A stretch of DNA of 64,000 nt, taken from Eledone cirrhosa (taxonomy: Eukaryota). A program made the position numbers and the translations under genes. Below, piece after piece: positions 27,292 to 43,680 of this stretch (positions are counted from its first letter, which is position 1; every line of letters begins with the position of its first letter). The notes under the pieces were generated by a model, which did not search any database, had not been told where the DNA came from, and saw only the letters and a list, made by a program, of their open reading frames with translations. The stretch covers positions 39,742,001 through 39,806,000 of the forward strand of contig OZ024743.1 in the NCBI GenBank assembly GCA_964016885.1, read 5' to 3'.

Positions 27292-28357
27292 GTGTGTGCG
27301 TGTGCGTGTGTGGGTGGGTGTGCGTGTGGGTTTGTGTGTGTGCGTGTGTGTGCGTGTGTGCGTGTATGGCTGTGCTTGTATGCTTTTCTTTGTGTGGGTG
27401 TATTTGTCTGCATCATTGTGATATTTACGCACGATCTTGTGTATTTGTGTATAGTATAAACAATATTCAATATGTTTGGACGAATAAAATTCATCATTTT
27501 TTTCCGAAATTAATCCTGCCCTTATTTTTTATCACCTTGCTTGATTTAATCATATTTATTCTTTTAAAATCATTAATCTCCATTATTATTCCAACCAGAA
27601 CTATACATAGCTGTGAACATCTACAGTTTATACAAGTTTGAAAATGATCTTTTCTTGAGAAGCTCTTTATTATGGTAATTAAATACATATTTAATTCTAA
27701 TCTCAAATAAATTATCCCTTTTGTTACTATATTTCTACGGAAATAGTCGATTGTTTTCAATCCCACGATATTCTAAAACCTTCGGTTAACCTGTTTCAAC
27801 CGAACAAAATCGTTGTTTGTTTCAGTAAATAGTAAAAAAATATATTTATATTAACTATTTAGAAAATGATTTACAAAACTATATTTTGAATGATATAATT
27901 ATTTCAAAACTATCAGCTCTGTATCAACTGTGTTAATTTGTAAATTGAACAAATGTCAGCTCTACTATCATATCCTTAATATTTTATAATCTGCAGTCCA
28001 ACTTTAAAAGAAAAAAAAATAATGGATACTCACCGGTTTTAATACTTACTTAGACAAAATATGGCATTGTCAATGATTTTACAATTAAGTAGCTAAGCAG
28101 TCAAAATAAACCAGAATCCTTTACGTAAATATCACGATGATTAAATGTAACAATCAGTAATAATGTTGTACTTATTGGTAGGTTATTTCACTCATTTGAA
28201 TAATTAGATACTCTTTGATTCATGTTTCAAATATGCTTCGCTTTCACATGGTAAACCTAAACACTCACCAGACCATCAATCCACAGACACACACATACAT
28301 GCACACACGCAAAAATACGCTCACAAACACACAAAAACACACACATATATGTGTGTG

Positions 28358-28455
<98 letters not shown>

Positions 28456-28782
28456 TGTGCCTGTAGATCGACGTAGTTCAATGTTTTCATGATAATGTCT
28501 TAAATGTCTCTTTAGTTAATCTGCCGATTTACACATCATTCCGCACTTGATGCAGGATTTTGAGCGGAGTAGAATGATATATTTGATCGGATCTTGGTGT
28601 TAGCTGAGCAAAGGGACAGATGATACGATACTTTTCATAGTTCTTTATACCATTATGGCAGACAGTTATTTATATACCTGTTTCGCATTATATCTTAGTA
28701 TTTGTCTGCCTACCTCAGGCACAAATACATACATACATACATACACACGCGCGCAAACACACACACACACACGCGCACACAG

Positions 28783-28868
<86 letters not shown>

Positions 28869-28912
28869 CTACATACATAGGCATTTTTATATTGTATTAT
28901 GTATGTACGTAT

Positions 28913-29073
28913 AGGGCGGTGGATTGGCATCCAGCATAGTTACGTCCCTTTACGATCTGAGTTCAAATCCGCTGAGGTTGACTTTGCCTTTCATCCTTTC
29001 GGGGTCGATAAAATAAAGTACCAGTAATGCACTGGATAATTGCTGGCCTTGTGCCTAAAGTAGAAACAATTAT
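28913..29073 (+). mobile_element. SINE copy with internal deletion in head
   Basis: Matches 33890-34080. Confidence 0.88.
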
Positions 29074-29756
29074 GTATGGACGTATATATGTATGACTATG
29101 TACGGTTCTTTCATCGGCATTTCCCCGTCTATATATCATTTGATTAAGCTTTACGCTGCAAGATATGTTTGATGAATTGTTTCTAAAGTAAACAACATTC
29201 CTATTTACAACTGGAGAAAATGCCATGATTCAAAGTTAATCATGGTATAAACATTGTAACTATTTAAATTCTTTCGTATATGTTCATTCCAAAACATTAT
29301 AATGCAATTCATTTGATACATATTCTCCTCCATGCATTTAGTTGGAGTAAATATGCTAATAAGTAAAATAAATAGTTTCGATAAAGCTATTTCTGAGAAG
29401 ATGAATACATATATTTCTTACTGAACAATTGGATACAAGCAAATATACCAAAACATCCGTTTCGAAACGGCCGGAGCTCTGCCGTCGCATTCCTGACTCT
29501 TTTCATATATATATATATATATTATACACGTGTTTCATCATAATTATTACATACAAGTGTTGAATGAATTTTCATAGTGGAACGCGAAGGCAAATATAAA
29601 TGGATAGATTATACGAAAAGGGGAGAAAGAAGAACGTTGAAAAAGACGATAAAACAGAAGATAAGAGGGGGTAAAAAAAGGAAGATAAAATACGAAAAGG
29701 AGGTAGTAAATGTGATACATGAAGGAAAAATATTAGTAGTAGTCATTATTGTTAAA

Positions 29757-29937
29757 TTGGCACTATCGGTAGAGGGTCGGGTGCCATGTTTTCCAGCATA
29801 GTTACGTCTCTTTACGGTCGGAGTTCAAATCCCGTCGAGGTTAACTTTGCCTTTGATCCTTACGGGATCGATAAAGTAAAGAACCGATAATGCACTGGGT
29901 AATTGGTGGCCTTGTGTCAATATTAGAAACAATTATT
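29757..29937 (+). mobile_element. SINE copy
   Basis: Matches 33890-34080. Confidence 0.85.
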
Positions 29938-30051
29938 ATATATATGTTATATATATGAACGAGTATATATGTGTTTTATATGATAGGCAAACATATATCC
30001 ACTCGCTATATACACAGATAAAAGTGCATCGTAATCGGCGACTCATAAGCA

Positions 30052-30093
<42 letters not shown>

Positions 30094-30203
30094 TATATAT
30101 TACTGGCCATAGTCAAATCCCTACCAGGAATAAAATGCCACATCCGTGATGCTCATCTATAAGTAATATAACCGATGGCATTACTAAAAATCTAGTTGCA
30201 GCC

Positions 30204-30235
<32 letters not shown>

Positions 30236-30611
30236 GTGGTCGGTGTGTTGGCCTTGGAAAAGGAATTGGCTAGCTATCTATTCTAGAAGGGCATGCACCT
30301 ACTGTGATGTTTCCTTCATCAACTCATCGAAATAATATTTGTCTGTCTGTTAGATATGTCTAAAAGAAAAGAAAGATGACTGCCTATACCAAATATTTCC
30401 CCACGGTGTTACTGTCGCCATTTTATTCTATCGCTTCTCAACATAGTCGATTCTTAAAATGTCAATATAGTCGTGATACTGTTTATCAATTGAAGTTGTC
30501 TTTTGTTTTGCTTTACCTTTTGTATTTCATACTACATCTATCAACTCTAAGACTTGTTTCTAGAGTGCGACTATATATCTATCGCGTTTTTATCTTATGC
30601 CATATGTTTGG

Positions 30612-30642
<31 letters not shown>

Positions 30643-31390
30643 TTGGTTAGGTTTTACTTTAAATGTTCAGGCACTCAGTCAATAAACATGTCAATGATGT
30701 TTGGTTTATTCTGTTAGAGATATTTTTTATTTCTTTTTTATCTCATGCAAGGAGGAATGATAATGTTAAAAAAAAATGTTTGTGAGCACACACTTTCACA
30801 CACACGCCCTTTTGTATATACACATATCTGTGTTTGTATGTGAATTGTGTGCGTGTGTATTTATGCATATTTATATATATATATATATATATTTATACAT
30901 ATGTATGATGTATGTGAGAGAGATGGTATGAGTGTACTTATGTAATCTTTGTGTAATATACACCTTTTTTTTCAGACTGACAATACAACGGATAACAACT
31001 ATCACGCCTAACAACAAATAACAATGCTAGAATCTCAAAAAGTAATATATATAATAGATATAGATCGCTTGGAAAAATCAAAGGATATGAAATAAAATAA
31101 AATAAAATGTGTGAGCATGAATACCATGATGTTGCCTTGTTATATTCGCTTTAACTATCTATGTGAGAACTCAAAATGCATGGTGAAAATATAGAAAATA
31201 ACAACATAACAACAAACATATAGAAAATAACACCAGATATAGCACGTAATTAACATCACGTTCAGGATCGTTGCTACTGCATGGTCCTATCGGATAAGTT
31301 GTTGAAGGTATTCAAAGAAATGGGTTGAATGCACCCCGACAACCTCGTAGGTATCCTTCATGTAGATGGCCTTCTTCGTTCCGATTGCAA

Positions 31391-32111
31391 AATGAAGATA
31401 GCAAACAGAGAAAATAATGATTACTTTTGGAAAAGTGTAACCTCGAACATATAGCGCTAAAAATATGAGACGTCCTGGGTCTCCAAAAAATATCCTTAAA
31501 TATTGCAACCGTGATAGTGAATGCCATCCAATCGAACGAATCCTGTCAGGTTGAATGTGTCCTTCAAATCTTTCCACCTATTACTCACCTATTTATTCAT
31601 GGCAATGCTGATGGAGAAAACCATAGGGAAGAAAGCACCATTCGAGCTGGATATCGGCACTCATATCTCAATATTTCTTTCTCTATTTACTAGAATATTG
31701 GTAGAGATGAGCTCCGCTGGCAGATAGCGACGGAAATGCGCTGAAAGTACCACGCCATCACTCAGGGTACAGACCAGCGGAAGCTCATCTCTACCAATAT
31801 TCTAGTAAATAGAGAAATAATTATTGATATATGAGCGCCGATATGTCTACTCCAGCTCGAATAGTGTTTTCTTCCCTATGGTTTTCTCCATCAGCATTGC
31901 CATGAATAAAGAGGTGATTAACAGGTGGAAAGATTTGAAGGACACAGTCAACCTGACATGTTTCGTTCGAGTGGATGGCATTCACTATCACGGTTGCATT
32001 ATTTAAGGATATTTTTTAGAGACCCAGGACGTTTCATAATTTCACCGCTATATGTTCGAGGATACACTTTTCCGAAAATAATCATTATTTTCTCTGTTTG
32101 CTAACTTCATT
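31391..32111. mobile_element. Fold-back/MITE-like element with ~330-bp imperfect inverted arms and ~50-bp spacer
   Basis: 31391-31720 is the reverse complement of 31774-32111. It is not flanked by TA tracts and no TSD was resolved. Confidence 0.75.
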
Positions 32112-32626
32112 CTGTTGAACGACGGAGCCAGGTTTGATGGGTTTTCTGCGTAATATTTGAGTGTAATTCTCCTAGAATTAACTGTTGTATTTTATTTGTA
32201 TTACACATTGCAGTTTCATTAAATAAAATAGATTTAACAATATTTACCTGATATTATGAAGCAAGCGGTGCGTGGTTGTCACTCCTGGAAATATTTCATT
32301 AATTGTCTCCAGCAAGAAAGATCTAAAGATGATAAAAACAACAGCAGCAGATTGTAGTTGTGTCATAACATCATTTTCGATCAAGCTTGTTGACTTGACC
32401 ATCTGTTTTATAGTCGTTAACCATCATCATCTGGAAACGAATCACTATTCTCATTAACAATGCCACAATATTCCACATTGGTTACTCCCTGATTTCAAAT
32501 GCAAACGAATTCAACATTATTTTTCATCATTAAGAATGGATAGAAACAAAATAACGTTTTTCTTGCGACCACCAAATTTGCTGCTCTTGAACAAATATTT
32601 GAAACCATTATTTCTCAAAGTTAACC

Positions 32627-32932
32627 TCCCGCCGAGGTTAACTTTGCCTTTCATCCTTACGGGGTCGATAAAATAAAGTACCAGTAATGTACTGGGTAAT
32701 TGATGGCCTTGTGCCAAAAGTAGAAACAATTATTTCTCTCACTAGATTGTGGCGGATTGGTAGATTGTCGGACACCATGCTTTGCAGCATAGAGTTATGA
32801 CCCTTTACGTTATGAATTCAAATCCCGCCGAAGTTAGCGTTGCCCTTCATTCTTACTGGGTCGATAAAATAAAGCACTTTTAATGCACGGGGATAATTGC
32901 TGGCCTTCTGCTGAAAGTAGAAACAATTATTT
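32627..32932 (+). mobile_element. Two tandem SINE copies
   Basis: Core and tail match the family. There is a small inverted junction AAAGTTAACCTC-CCGCC-GAGGTTAACTTT at about 32617-32645. Confidence 0.85.
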
Positions 32933-33348
32933 CTATCATTCATCGTATGCATTTACAAAGAAATCACTATATATATATACACATACGTGCGTGTATGTGT
33001 GTGTGAGTATACGCGCGCGTGTGTGTGTGTGCGTGCGTGCGTGTGTGTGTGTACGTGTGTCTGTCGGCTCATAAATGTCTGAGCATCTTCTAGTGTGTGT
33101 ATAACTATTAAAAAAATAGTTCAATATTTACCAATGCATTGCAGCCCGTATATGTAAAGTTTTACGATAGTTTACCAGTGAAAGGAGTCAACCCATCTCG
33201 CATAACTTCATATCAATTAAACTTATTTGGAGTGTATAATGTTAAGTGTTTGCTAACCTAACATACATTTTCGAAAATATATGGAGAGATTATTGCATCG
33301 ATGTAAACAGGCAAACTTATTATCCTTATATGCTTTATCTCTAATTCT

Positions 33349-33425
<77 letters not shown>

Positions 33426-33889
33426 CATACACACACACACACATACCCCCCCCCCCCACACACACACATGTATATATATATAAATTCGTATATATATATA
33501 CAGATACAAACAAACATCGTAGGCGGAAAATACAAATAGCGGATGAATGCAAAACATTTTATAAAATACTTAATGAACGGACAGTTGTACGGACACAAGT
33601 CACACACAGCTGTACAAGACACTCGGTGCAGACACGCAATTACAATAATGTAATTGGAATAACAATAACGACTACAGCATTAACTGATTTGCTAGATTTT
33701 TTTTTATATATTAACATATAGAAAAATATTCTGGATAACTGTGTCTATGATATACTATGCAATACACGTTAGTTAAAGTTGGATACTGGTTGCCTGAAAA
33801 AATCTTGGTTTCACACACATATATAGTAATTTCACGTAATATAAACGAATAATATGGGAAGTGCATTTGGCCTGCTTTTTACAGTATTT

Positions 33890-34080
33890 AGGCGGTGGAT
33901 TGGCAGTATCGGTGGAGGGTCGGACGCCATGCTTTCCAGCATAGTTACGTCCCTTTACGATCTGAGTTCAAATCCCGCCGAGGTTGACTTTGCCTTTCAT
34001 CCTTACGGGGTCGATAAAATAAAGTACCAGTAATACACTGGGTAATTGCTGGCCTTGTGCCTAAAGTAGAAACAATTATT
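33890..34080 (+). mobile_element. Full-length tRNA-derived SINE with Meta-type central domain
   Basis: A box TGGCAGTATCGG, B box GTTCAAATCC, core GGTTGACTTTGCCTTTCATCCTTACGGGGTCGATAAAATAAAGTACCAG and tail GCTGGCCTTGTGCCTAAAGTAGAAACAATTATT. Confidence 0.9.
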
Positions 34081-37000
34081 TTATCCGATTCGTGATATCA
34101 CCGCTGTGTTATGACCTTGATAAAGTATCTTCCATTCTATTTGTTCTAGTAGATCGATCAGAATAAAGTTGATACCAGCATCGTTAGGCAGTTAGATCTG
34201 AGATGGAGTGATATCCCCTCCAGGTGGTGTCCTTTTATTCTTAGTCGTTCAATACATCTGACACGGGCATAGGCCTCAGGTTTGTGTCAGACATTCGTTT
34301 TTAACTGAACCAATAATATATTTGGAAGAAAATGTTCCCAATTTGATATACCAGTATCATACTTGTTACTGACTGAAACATTTACCTTCCTGCTGACAAG
34401 TGTTATCTAGTATATTGCTATCCCATTGGACATGAGTTATTGTTAATGACATCATCAAAAGTGCGCTTGTTTCGCAAACTGATTCAAGGTTGCGCATTGA
34501 TATAGATTATTCATAAAGAGAATGAATGGCCCCAGTGACACTTTATCAGATCCCTACATGTGTTGTGATGCATTCATGATTACACGTTGACCTATGGATC
34601 GATGCAGTTGGATTAAAGCATCAAGATACTTAGTAAAATATTATATTGGAAACGTTTCAATAGTAATTTTGATTTGATGGAGATGAAACATATGCATCGA
34701 GGTTTTAACTAAGGTATCTTCTATGCAACTACTTATTTGAGACGCAGGGAGGCTAATGACCACTTTATTCTTCTTCACATACATTTGAAGAACGCGAGTT
34801 CAAAATAATTGATATTCCACTCCCCACAGGAATCTTACGTATTGGCATGCTTTTTTCATGGTAGTACACTTCACCAGTCTCCTCAGATTTAAAATCAAAG
34901 CTAGCATGACATACCTTTCATTTACCGCTCTCAGTGGGTAAGGAAATTTGTGAGATTCTCATTGTTAGACAATTGGACAAATTGTCTTTAGGTTCTGTTT
35001 TTGATCGAGGAAGGGACGTCAAGGAGCTGTTGGTTGATTGACTCAAGATTGAAGGGGCATGATTTCGTTTCTTGCAACGGGCAGTGCTTTGTGTGTTTGA
35101 CCAAGAGACATCATTTACGACACTCTTGTCAATGTAGGTGAGAAACATGGGCATCACTCTTAGCTGATTGTTAATCTCCTAACGACCATCTGATGGAGAT
35201 CTCGCGTATTTTATGGCGGTTAAAGCCTCACAAAACCACCGTATGAGCCTCTAGACTCAATACAGATCCTAATATTTAAAAAGTCCTCTGCTGAGATATT
35301 ATGATGGGAAATAAAAGTCATATCATTCAAGAAATAATAAACAGTAAGCAAAGTATGAAATTAGTTTTATGGTTCTGTAAATATGAATAGACTGACAAAA
35401 CTGTAATATATAATGAATACATGTGCTGACGTTCATCTGATTGTTAACTGAATGATCTAAAGTACAAAAATAACTTGATATATTCACAGCTGACAATACG
35501 TTCAGTTTGATTTATGCAATATCAATGTATTTTCTTTGCATTCCTTTTCACTTTCTTTTGTTGTCTATTTTTTCTCTCTCCATTTATCCATTGTAAAGAT
35601 AAATAATCTATAAATTCGCTGCCAGTTGCAAGATTTGTAGATAATAAGAAATTTCGCGTATATCCTTCTGTTATTATAGGTATCATATTATTGTGAACGA
35701 ATTGTTCTAGGTGGAAATAATTACATTTCATTTGTATACCTTGGGTTGTATGTTTAGCTTTAATTACTTTAGCTGCGTTGTGTGTTTTTCATCATTTATC
35801 GTGATGTTTTAGTTGCTTTTGCTCTTGTCGGTATTATGAGGGCTTGCACAACTTTAAACACTTAATATGTTTGAAAAAACAGTGTGGTATATGTATGCTG
35901 CCAGCATATCTACAAACGGTTTAGCAGCTGCTACTATTCCAGGCATAGGAAAGTACCCTAACAGCATTGTAGAAACGCTCAAAGAACGCAGGAATTGTTA
36001 CAATTGTTTGAATTGAGATGCAGGGCCTGAAATGAGGTGTATGGGAATATCGAATGTATTGACCAAATAAAGCACAGGTACCTTCTTTTATCGAATGTAT
36101 CAGAATTAAATGCAAAGGTGATTTCGGCAGGCTTTGAAGGTAGAGATTCGGCATAACTGATACTATACATATAGCCGGTCACTAACAATTCTGCCATTCA
36201 ACTGCAGTAGTAAGTTTCTTAATAACGAAACATTGACATACGCAGAGTACAATAAATATATATATATATAGAAAACAACTCTAATATTTCTTCTAATTAG
36301 ATTTCCATAATTATTTAAGTACAGTATACATTTTTATTACGATGCATCCATAAATATAACCATTGACCCATGATGGAATCGGATAAACGCCGTCTTATAT
36401 TTCGGCATTTCCTGGTCCCATTGTTATCCAGGTCTGCTGAACTCATACCTTGACGCATTCTAGCAAGTTATCTAATGCGTCTGCCCATTCGACACTTAAG
36501 ATAAATACATATATTCATATATATATAAGCATAGTTAGGAATAGTTCAATTTTTTCTGAAAGTTAATGCTACTTACCAGCGTTAACACTATTCAGAATAC
36601 TTCGCAGACGCTAACATATAATTTTCACCTGAATATAATTGTCAACCTACATGAATAGACTGAACCTCAGATCTGAAACCTATGCATACACACGTCTAAA
36701 AAGTAGATAGTCTCTCTCACACTTTCACAGACTTTGATTCATATAATCGATTTTTCTGATTCTTCCATACAAACATTTTATTCAGTGTTACTAGCTGAAA
36801 TTGCAAAGAAAGTATTGTTGATTTCAATAAACATGCTTTAATATATTCTTAGAAACCATAAAAAACCTGCATGTTTGTAAAATACTAAATATTGAATATA
36901 AAATATAGAATAGCATATTTTCAGTCGAGTCTTTAAAATAGGAAAATCGCTTGCTATTGGTTGTATATAATCACTAAAGGGAAATTCATTTCTACTTCAT

Positions 37001-37265
37001 TCGCTTGAATAATTCACTGAAAACTCTAATCATAATTCCACTTAAAATCTAATGGATTTTATTTATTCCGCATTAGAAAAATAGAAATATCTAAAAGTAA
37101 GCAAATGTCCATGGTATTAAAAATCAAAACAATATATATATGCAGAAGAAAATTTAAAGCAAACAGACATTTGTATAAAGAATATAAATATCTCGGATGT
37201 TACTACATATTCTTTTGGAGGAGAAAAAACTGTTTTATTTCGTTCTCGAATGACAATATTAATGT

Positions 37266-37421
37266 TGGCAGTATCGGTAGAGGGTCGGACGCCATGCTTT
37301 ACGATCTGAGTTCAAATCCCGCCGAGGTTGACTTTGCCTTTAATCCTTACGGGGTCGATAAAATAAAGTACCAGTAATGCACTGGGTAATTGCTGGCCTT
37401 GTGCCAAAAGTAGAAACAATT
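37266..37421 (+). mobile_element. SINE copy
   Basis: Matches 33890-34080 with a short deletion. Confidence 0.88.
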
Positions 37422-37865
37422 AATGATAAGCCCAAAGAAATGTATGTTTAATTATGCTGAAGCCAGATTTCTTTATTTTTCTTTGCAGGTTTAATACAAA
37501 CATGTATCAATAGGCATAGATCAATCTACCTTCAGATTTCTGTACATATGCCAATGGAGGAAACCATTATTAGATTCATTTTTAATGGACCAGAATCTAT
37601 TTTGCGAAATGAGTGTTCCAAATGTTCGAACGATGACTGAAAATTCGAGAAATATATGTTCAGAAGTGCTCAGTCCGCTACCCCTTTGAATTAAAAGTAC
37701 AGTCCCTCTTTCTAAGCTTATTTCTGTTGGTATATACATTTGTGAGGCAATATATGGTCAGAGATTTTAGAATGTCGGATAGAATGCATCAACATATTTG
37801 TTCAGAGAGATAACTAGAATAGAATTTAAGTAGTTGGGAGGAATCTCCCTCTGCATTTCTGTCTC

Positions 37866-37948
<83 letters not shown>

Positions 37949-39059
37949 CGCTCTATCTCTCTATCTTTCTCTCTTCTTTCCTTCTTTCTTTCTCCCTGAT
38001 ACAAATCAGCTACACACAAACATGATGAGAACAATATACCACCTTTAACTGTCCAAGTAACATATTTCAATACGTCATCAGAAAAACTGTATCAACAGTT
38101 ATTCGCTCATGTTATAAAATAGCATGACTTCATCTCTCCGGAGATTATATACTGCCTGTGAAATTTAGGTTCACTATTCCCGTGTACGTTTAATATAGTT
38201 CTCAAGGAGATTCAGTGTAATACAGCCTGCGACAAGGCTCGCCTTTTGAATCACAAATTCAACCTATTTTACCAGATGGATGGAATGGGGAACTATGCAA
38301 TAAAGTAGGTTAATAAAGCCACAACAAACTACCAGGAAACGAACACGTGACCTTAGGAACATGAGCCAAATAACCTAAGACCTAAACCACATGCCTGCCT
38401 CGGACCACAGGCAGCACTACGACAAACTGAAAATAGACATGATTAAGTTCAAAGTCCAGCAGCAAATATGAAGGATTTCGCCAGCAGTTCACTATTTATC
38501 TTTAACATATTGCTGTGGGAACAAGTTATATTATTGTGCACATCGTATGAAGACTGATACATAACTAATATTCCAAGCTATTTGATTCAACATATAACCT
38601 TCCCTTAAGTTGACTCAATTCACTAAATTACTTCAAAAATCATCTTATTATGACAGGGTTAGAATTGTAACAATTGTCTCTTGTTCGAAGTAGCAAAATT
38701 GTGGCTCTAGTTAGATAATTATGTAAAGTCGGTCGTAGTGGCTACAAAACCACGTTAATTCATCCTTAGATTGCCTTCACTCTCTAGAATACTCCGGCTA
38801 TCATCTAATAGCTATTTGAGCACGATTGTTTAAAAATTCGGCTAATGATAAAAACAACCACAATGTTGTTGCTGAATGAAATAAGGATGCAGATGAAGTT
38901 ATGTTTGGTGATGATAATAATGATAATGAGATTATGTTGGAGATGATTTTGATGAAAATTTCCAATGCCATTTTAATTACCATGCACTGAAACAAACATG
39001 AGCTCTTAAAGCTCAAATGTGGCAAGCCGGCTAGTGAATATAAATTGTTATGAGCCTTA

Positions 39060-40339
39060 AATACAGAAGAGATTCTCTGGCTGATTCGTATGTGCCGGGT
39101 GGCCTGCATTTCTGGTAAGACAGCTAAGCATAGTCAATCCCGATCCTCAAAAAGGAAGACAAGAAAGAGTGTTCCAATTGCAGAGAGACATCCTTCTTAT
39201 GTGTCCCAGTAAAATCTATGCTAAGTATCAAAGAGATGTAGTGTAGAGAAAATGTCAAGTCCAAACTAACTGATGAACAGTGCGCTGTTCGATCTAGATG
39301 CAGCACATCCGATCTAATATTCACACTACGGCAGGTTTTCGAGATATCATGGGAGTATTGCCAAGAGGTTTTGTAGACCTTGGAAGAGCATATGGGCGCC
39401 TTCCTCGGGACTTGCTGATGGCGGTTCTGCAGGAGTATGGGATCGATGGTCAGCTTCTTGTTGACCTGATGTCACTATAGGAATGCCCAAGAATTTGTGT
39501 TCGGTTACATGGTGCTAAATCGAAATAATTTAATGTGGAGTCATTAGAATGTGATCCCCGATTAGCACTTGATAGGTTTGATACCGCATGCTGCATGGGT
39601 GGAATGAAAATATGTGCTGAAAAGACTGAGACATTCGTCGAACAAGGAAACCAGCTCAGGACACTCTAGATGTGAATGAAGTTCCACTGAAGCAGGTAGG
39701 GAAGTTTAGTATCTCAGTACAGAGGGATGGAAATTAGGGGGCTGAATTATATGAAAACGAATAAGAGGAATTGTGGCAGTAATGTGCCACCTTCAGCATT
39801 CGTTAATCTTCAAATCGGTATTTGTGCGAACCATTAAATATGGTCATGAATCTTGGGTAATAACCGAACGAAGACAATCTCGAATACAAGTGGCCGCAGT
39901 GGTGTTCCTCCGAAGGGTATTTATAGTAACGTTACTCAATAGAGTGAGTAGTCCAGAGATCAGATAACATCACAGGTTAGAGTCACTTTTTCTAAGAAAT
40001 GAGAAATCACAGCTCCGATACTAACAGAATGGATTTAGAATGTCGCCGGAAAGAATCGCTGTACAGATTTTACGGGTAAAAACCCATTTCCAAGAGACCC
40101 AGGGGAAGGCCTGGAGCAAGATGGTTTGATAACATCCATAAGTTGAGCTAGTCTAGCTTGGGGATCCAGCCGGATCAGTTGGAGACGGTTGCTTGTGACA
40201 GGACCTGCTGGAGGAGTATTTGTGGACACCTTCCCCACTACACACTCTGAGATACTTGGAAGAAGAAGAAGAAGAAGAAGAAGAAGAAGAAGAAGAAGAA
40301 GAAGAAGAAGAAGAAGAAGAAGAAGAAGAAGAAGAAGAA
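39060..40339 (+). mobile_element. Decayed RTE-clade LINE (RT fragments with internal deletions) with (GAA)n tail
   Basis: Peptide fragments FVDLGRAYGRLPRDLLMAVLQEYGIDG and FKSVFVRTIKYGHESWVITERRQSRIQ...FLRRV. The (GAA)n tail spans about 40259-40339. Confidence 0.8.
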
Positions 40340-40481
40340 TTATGTTATTTTGTACAGTAAGAGGTATATCTGAAAACAATCGTACTGAAGATTAGATCTG
40401 TCTTTGATGATTTACCAACACCGATAGTTGGTAATGGATAATCATTTACGCTTTTCATTAATAAATACAACTTATTATCAA

Positions 40482-40666
40482 ACGGTGAATTGGCAGTATC
40501 GGTAGAGGGTCGGACATGCTTTCCAGCATAGTTACGTCTCCTTACGATCTGAGTTCAAATCCTGCCGAGGTTAACTTTTCCTTTCATTCTTACGTGGTCG
40601 ATAAAATAAAGTACCAGTAACGTACTGCGTAATTGCTGGTCTTGTGCCAAATGTAGAAACAATTAT
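40482..40666 (+). mobile_element. SINE copy
   Basis: Matches 33890-34080. Confidence 0.85.
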
Positions 40667-40973
40667 CTTATATACGGGCAAGGAGAGTGTCAGCAGAAAA
40701 TAGGAAATTGTGTGTGTATATGTGCAGGTGTCGTTGAGTGTTTTTATGTATTTTCGACATCCGTCAGTTCCAATGACGAGCATTCCTTTTGTTCAAACAA
40801 CGGAACGCTTTGCACAGAAGTTAACATGCAAGTTGTTAAGCATCCCACTGACATCTAGGTATTTAACGTAGTTCGTAGGGAGTTAAAACCTGACACAATA
40901 TGTGAAAAGACTGAAAATTTGAAGAACAGGTACAACTTATTTTTGCCTGCTGAGTGAACTGTATTAAGCTAAA

Positions 40974-41362
40974 ATAATTGTTTCTAGTTTTGGCACAAGG
41001 CCAGCAATTATCCAGTGTATTACTAGTACTTTATTTTTTCGGCGCCTTAAGGATGAAAGGCAAAGTTAACCTCGGCGGATTTGAACTCAGCTTGACAAGG
41101 GCCGTAACTCTATGCGTCAAACCATGGCGTCCGACCTTCTACCGATACTGGTAATGCACCACCCTAGTGAAATAATGTTTCTGCTTTAGGCACAAGGCCA
41201 GCAATTACCCAGTGCATTACTGGTACTTTATTTTATCGACCCCGTAAGGATGAAAGGCAAAGTCAACCTCGGCTGGATATGAACTCAGATCGTAAAGGGA
41301 CGTAACTATTTCTGGAAAGCATGGCGTCCGACCCTCTACCGATACTGCCAATTCACCGCCCT
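40974..41362 (-). mobile_element. Two tandem SINE copies
   Basis: The reverse complement of the family consensus occurs twice. Confidence 0.88.
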
Positions 41363-41884
41363 TTGAAATAATGTTACTCAATCCACCACCGGTATTCGAA
41401 TTCAACCACATGGATATATACCTAACACATTAAAAAGTAAGCCACCCGCCTTTTCAGTCAGACGTTACATTCATTTGAAACAGACGTTCTTCCACATCCT
41501 CAAAGTATATCGTCCATCCTATTTCTATCACTCCACACCGCTATATTTCTACTTTACCTTTCACTTTAAATATTCCAAAAGGAACGCTCAATTAGCTACC
41601 TTTATGTTTAAATAATGTTTGGAATATTTTGGCATCAATTTATGGACATGTATTTTTAATTCTCAATAAAATTCCAATTAGTTCTCCACTTATAATGAAA
41701 CAGCAATTATTAATGAGATATTTATTATAATGTTCAGTGTTGCGTTTGTTTTCCTGCTTTCACCCTAGTTGTTTTTTCCACGTCGTTCTTGCTTTGACCT
41801 CCTTATTTCGGGTGAATCATATTCATAATTGGATCATATCTCTGCCAAAAATGCCACACTAATGCTTAATATTTTCTTAATTTT

Positions 41885-42820
<936 letters not shown>

Positions 42821-42837
42821 TATATATATATATATAT

Positions 42838-42882
<45 letters not shown>

Positions 42883-42917
42883 ATATATATATACATACAT
42901 ATATATATATACATATA

Positions 42918-42966
<49 letters not shown>

Positions 42967-42986
42967 GTATATGTGTATGTGTGTGT

Positions 42987-43073
<87 letters not shown>

Positions 43074-43399
43074 GTACTAATTATATCAATTTTGCTTTTA
43101 TTAATTCGATTTTGCCGATGCATAAATATGCAGTAATTTGCCATGGGATGGGTTTCGTAATATTCAGCGGATTTGCAAGAACATTAACAGCCAAAGATTT
43201 GTGAAGCATTGTCAAACGGAAATAGAAGATAGCCGCCATCACAGTTTCAGACTAAGCTAAATTATTTCGTAGGTTAAACTAGAATATCAACTCATTTGTT
43301 TATTCTTAATGAGGGAAGTGCTCATTTTCCTCCTGATTTTAATGATGTATATATGGTGTAATGTATATTATATTGTGTTTTAAGTATTCTTATGATATT

Positions 43400-43680
43400 G
43401 ACTATGTTGATGATCACGATGAAGTCTATGATGATTACTACGATAAAGAAGACTGTAGTGGTGGGGTAATGATGAGGGTGATGATGGTGATGATGATGGT
43501 CTTGGTTGTGCTGCAAGTGGCGATGATGATGAGGGTGATGATGGTGATGATGATCGATGACCAAGAATAAGATGATGATTGTGAAGATATTGGTGATGAT
43601 GACTGTGACGATAATGACGAATATAATAATGAGGGACAAGTGGATGATGATGATGAGGGTGATGGTAATGATGATGATGA
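43400..43680. repeat. Degenerate (GAT)n low-complexity tract; similar tract at about 25380-25615
   Basis: Directly visible. Confidence 0.9.

Noticed and set aside
35921-36200. Overlapping minus-strand ORFs after a TGCAG acceptor-like site
   Set aside because: No recognisable domain is present, and no frame stays open across the whole segment.
40035-40395. Poly-Leu / poly-Arg ORFs
   Set aside because: They come from the (GAA)n tail of the RTE element.
43322-43639. His-rich ORF
   Set aside because: It is the antisense of a degenerate (GAT)n tract, with no other coding evidence.
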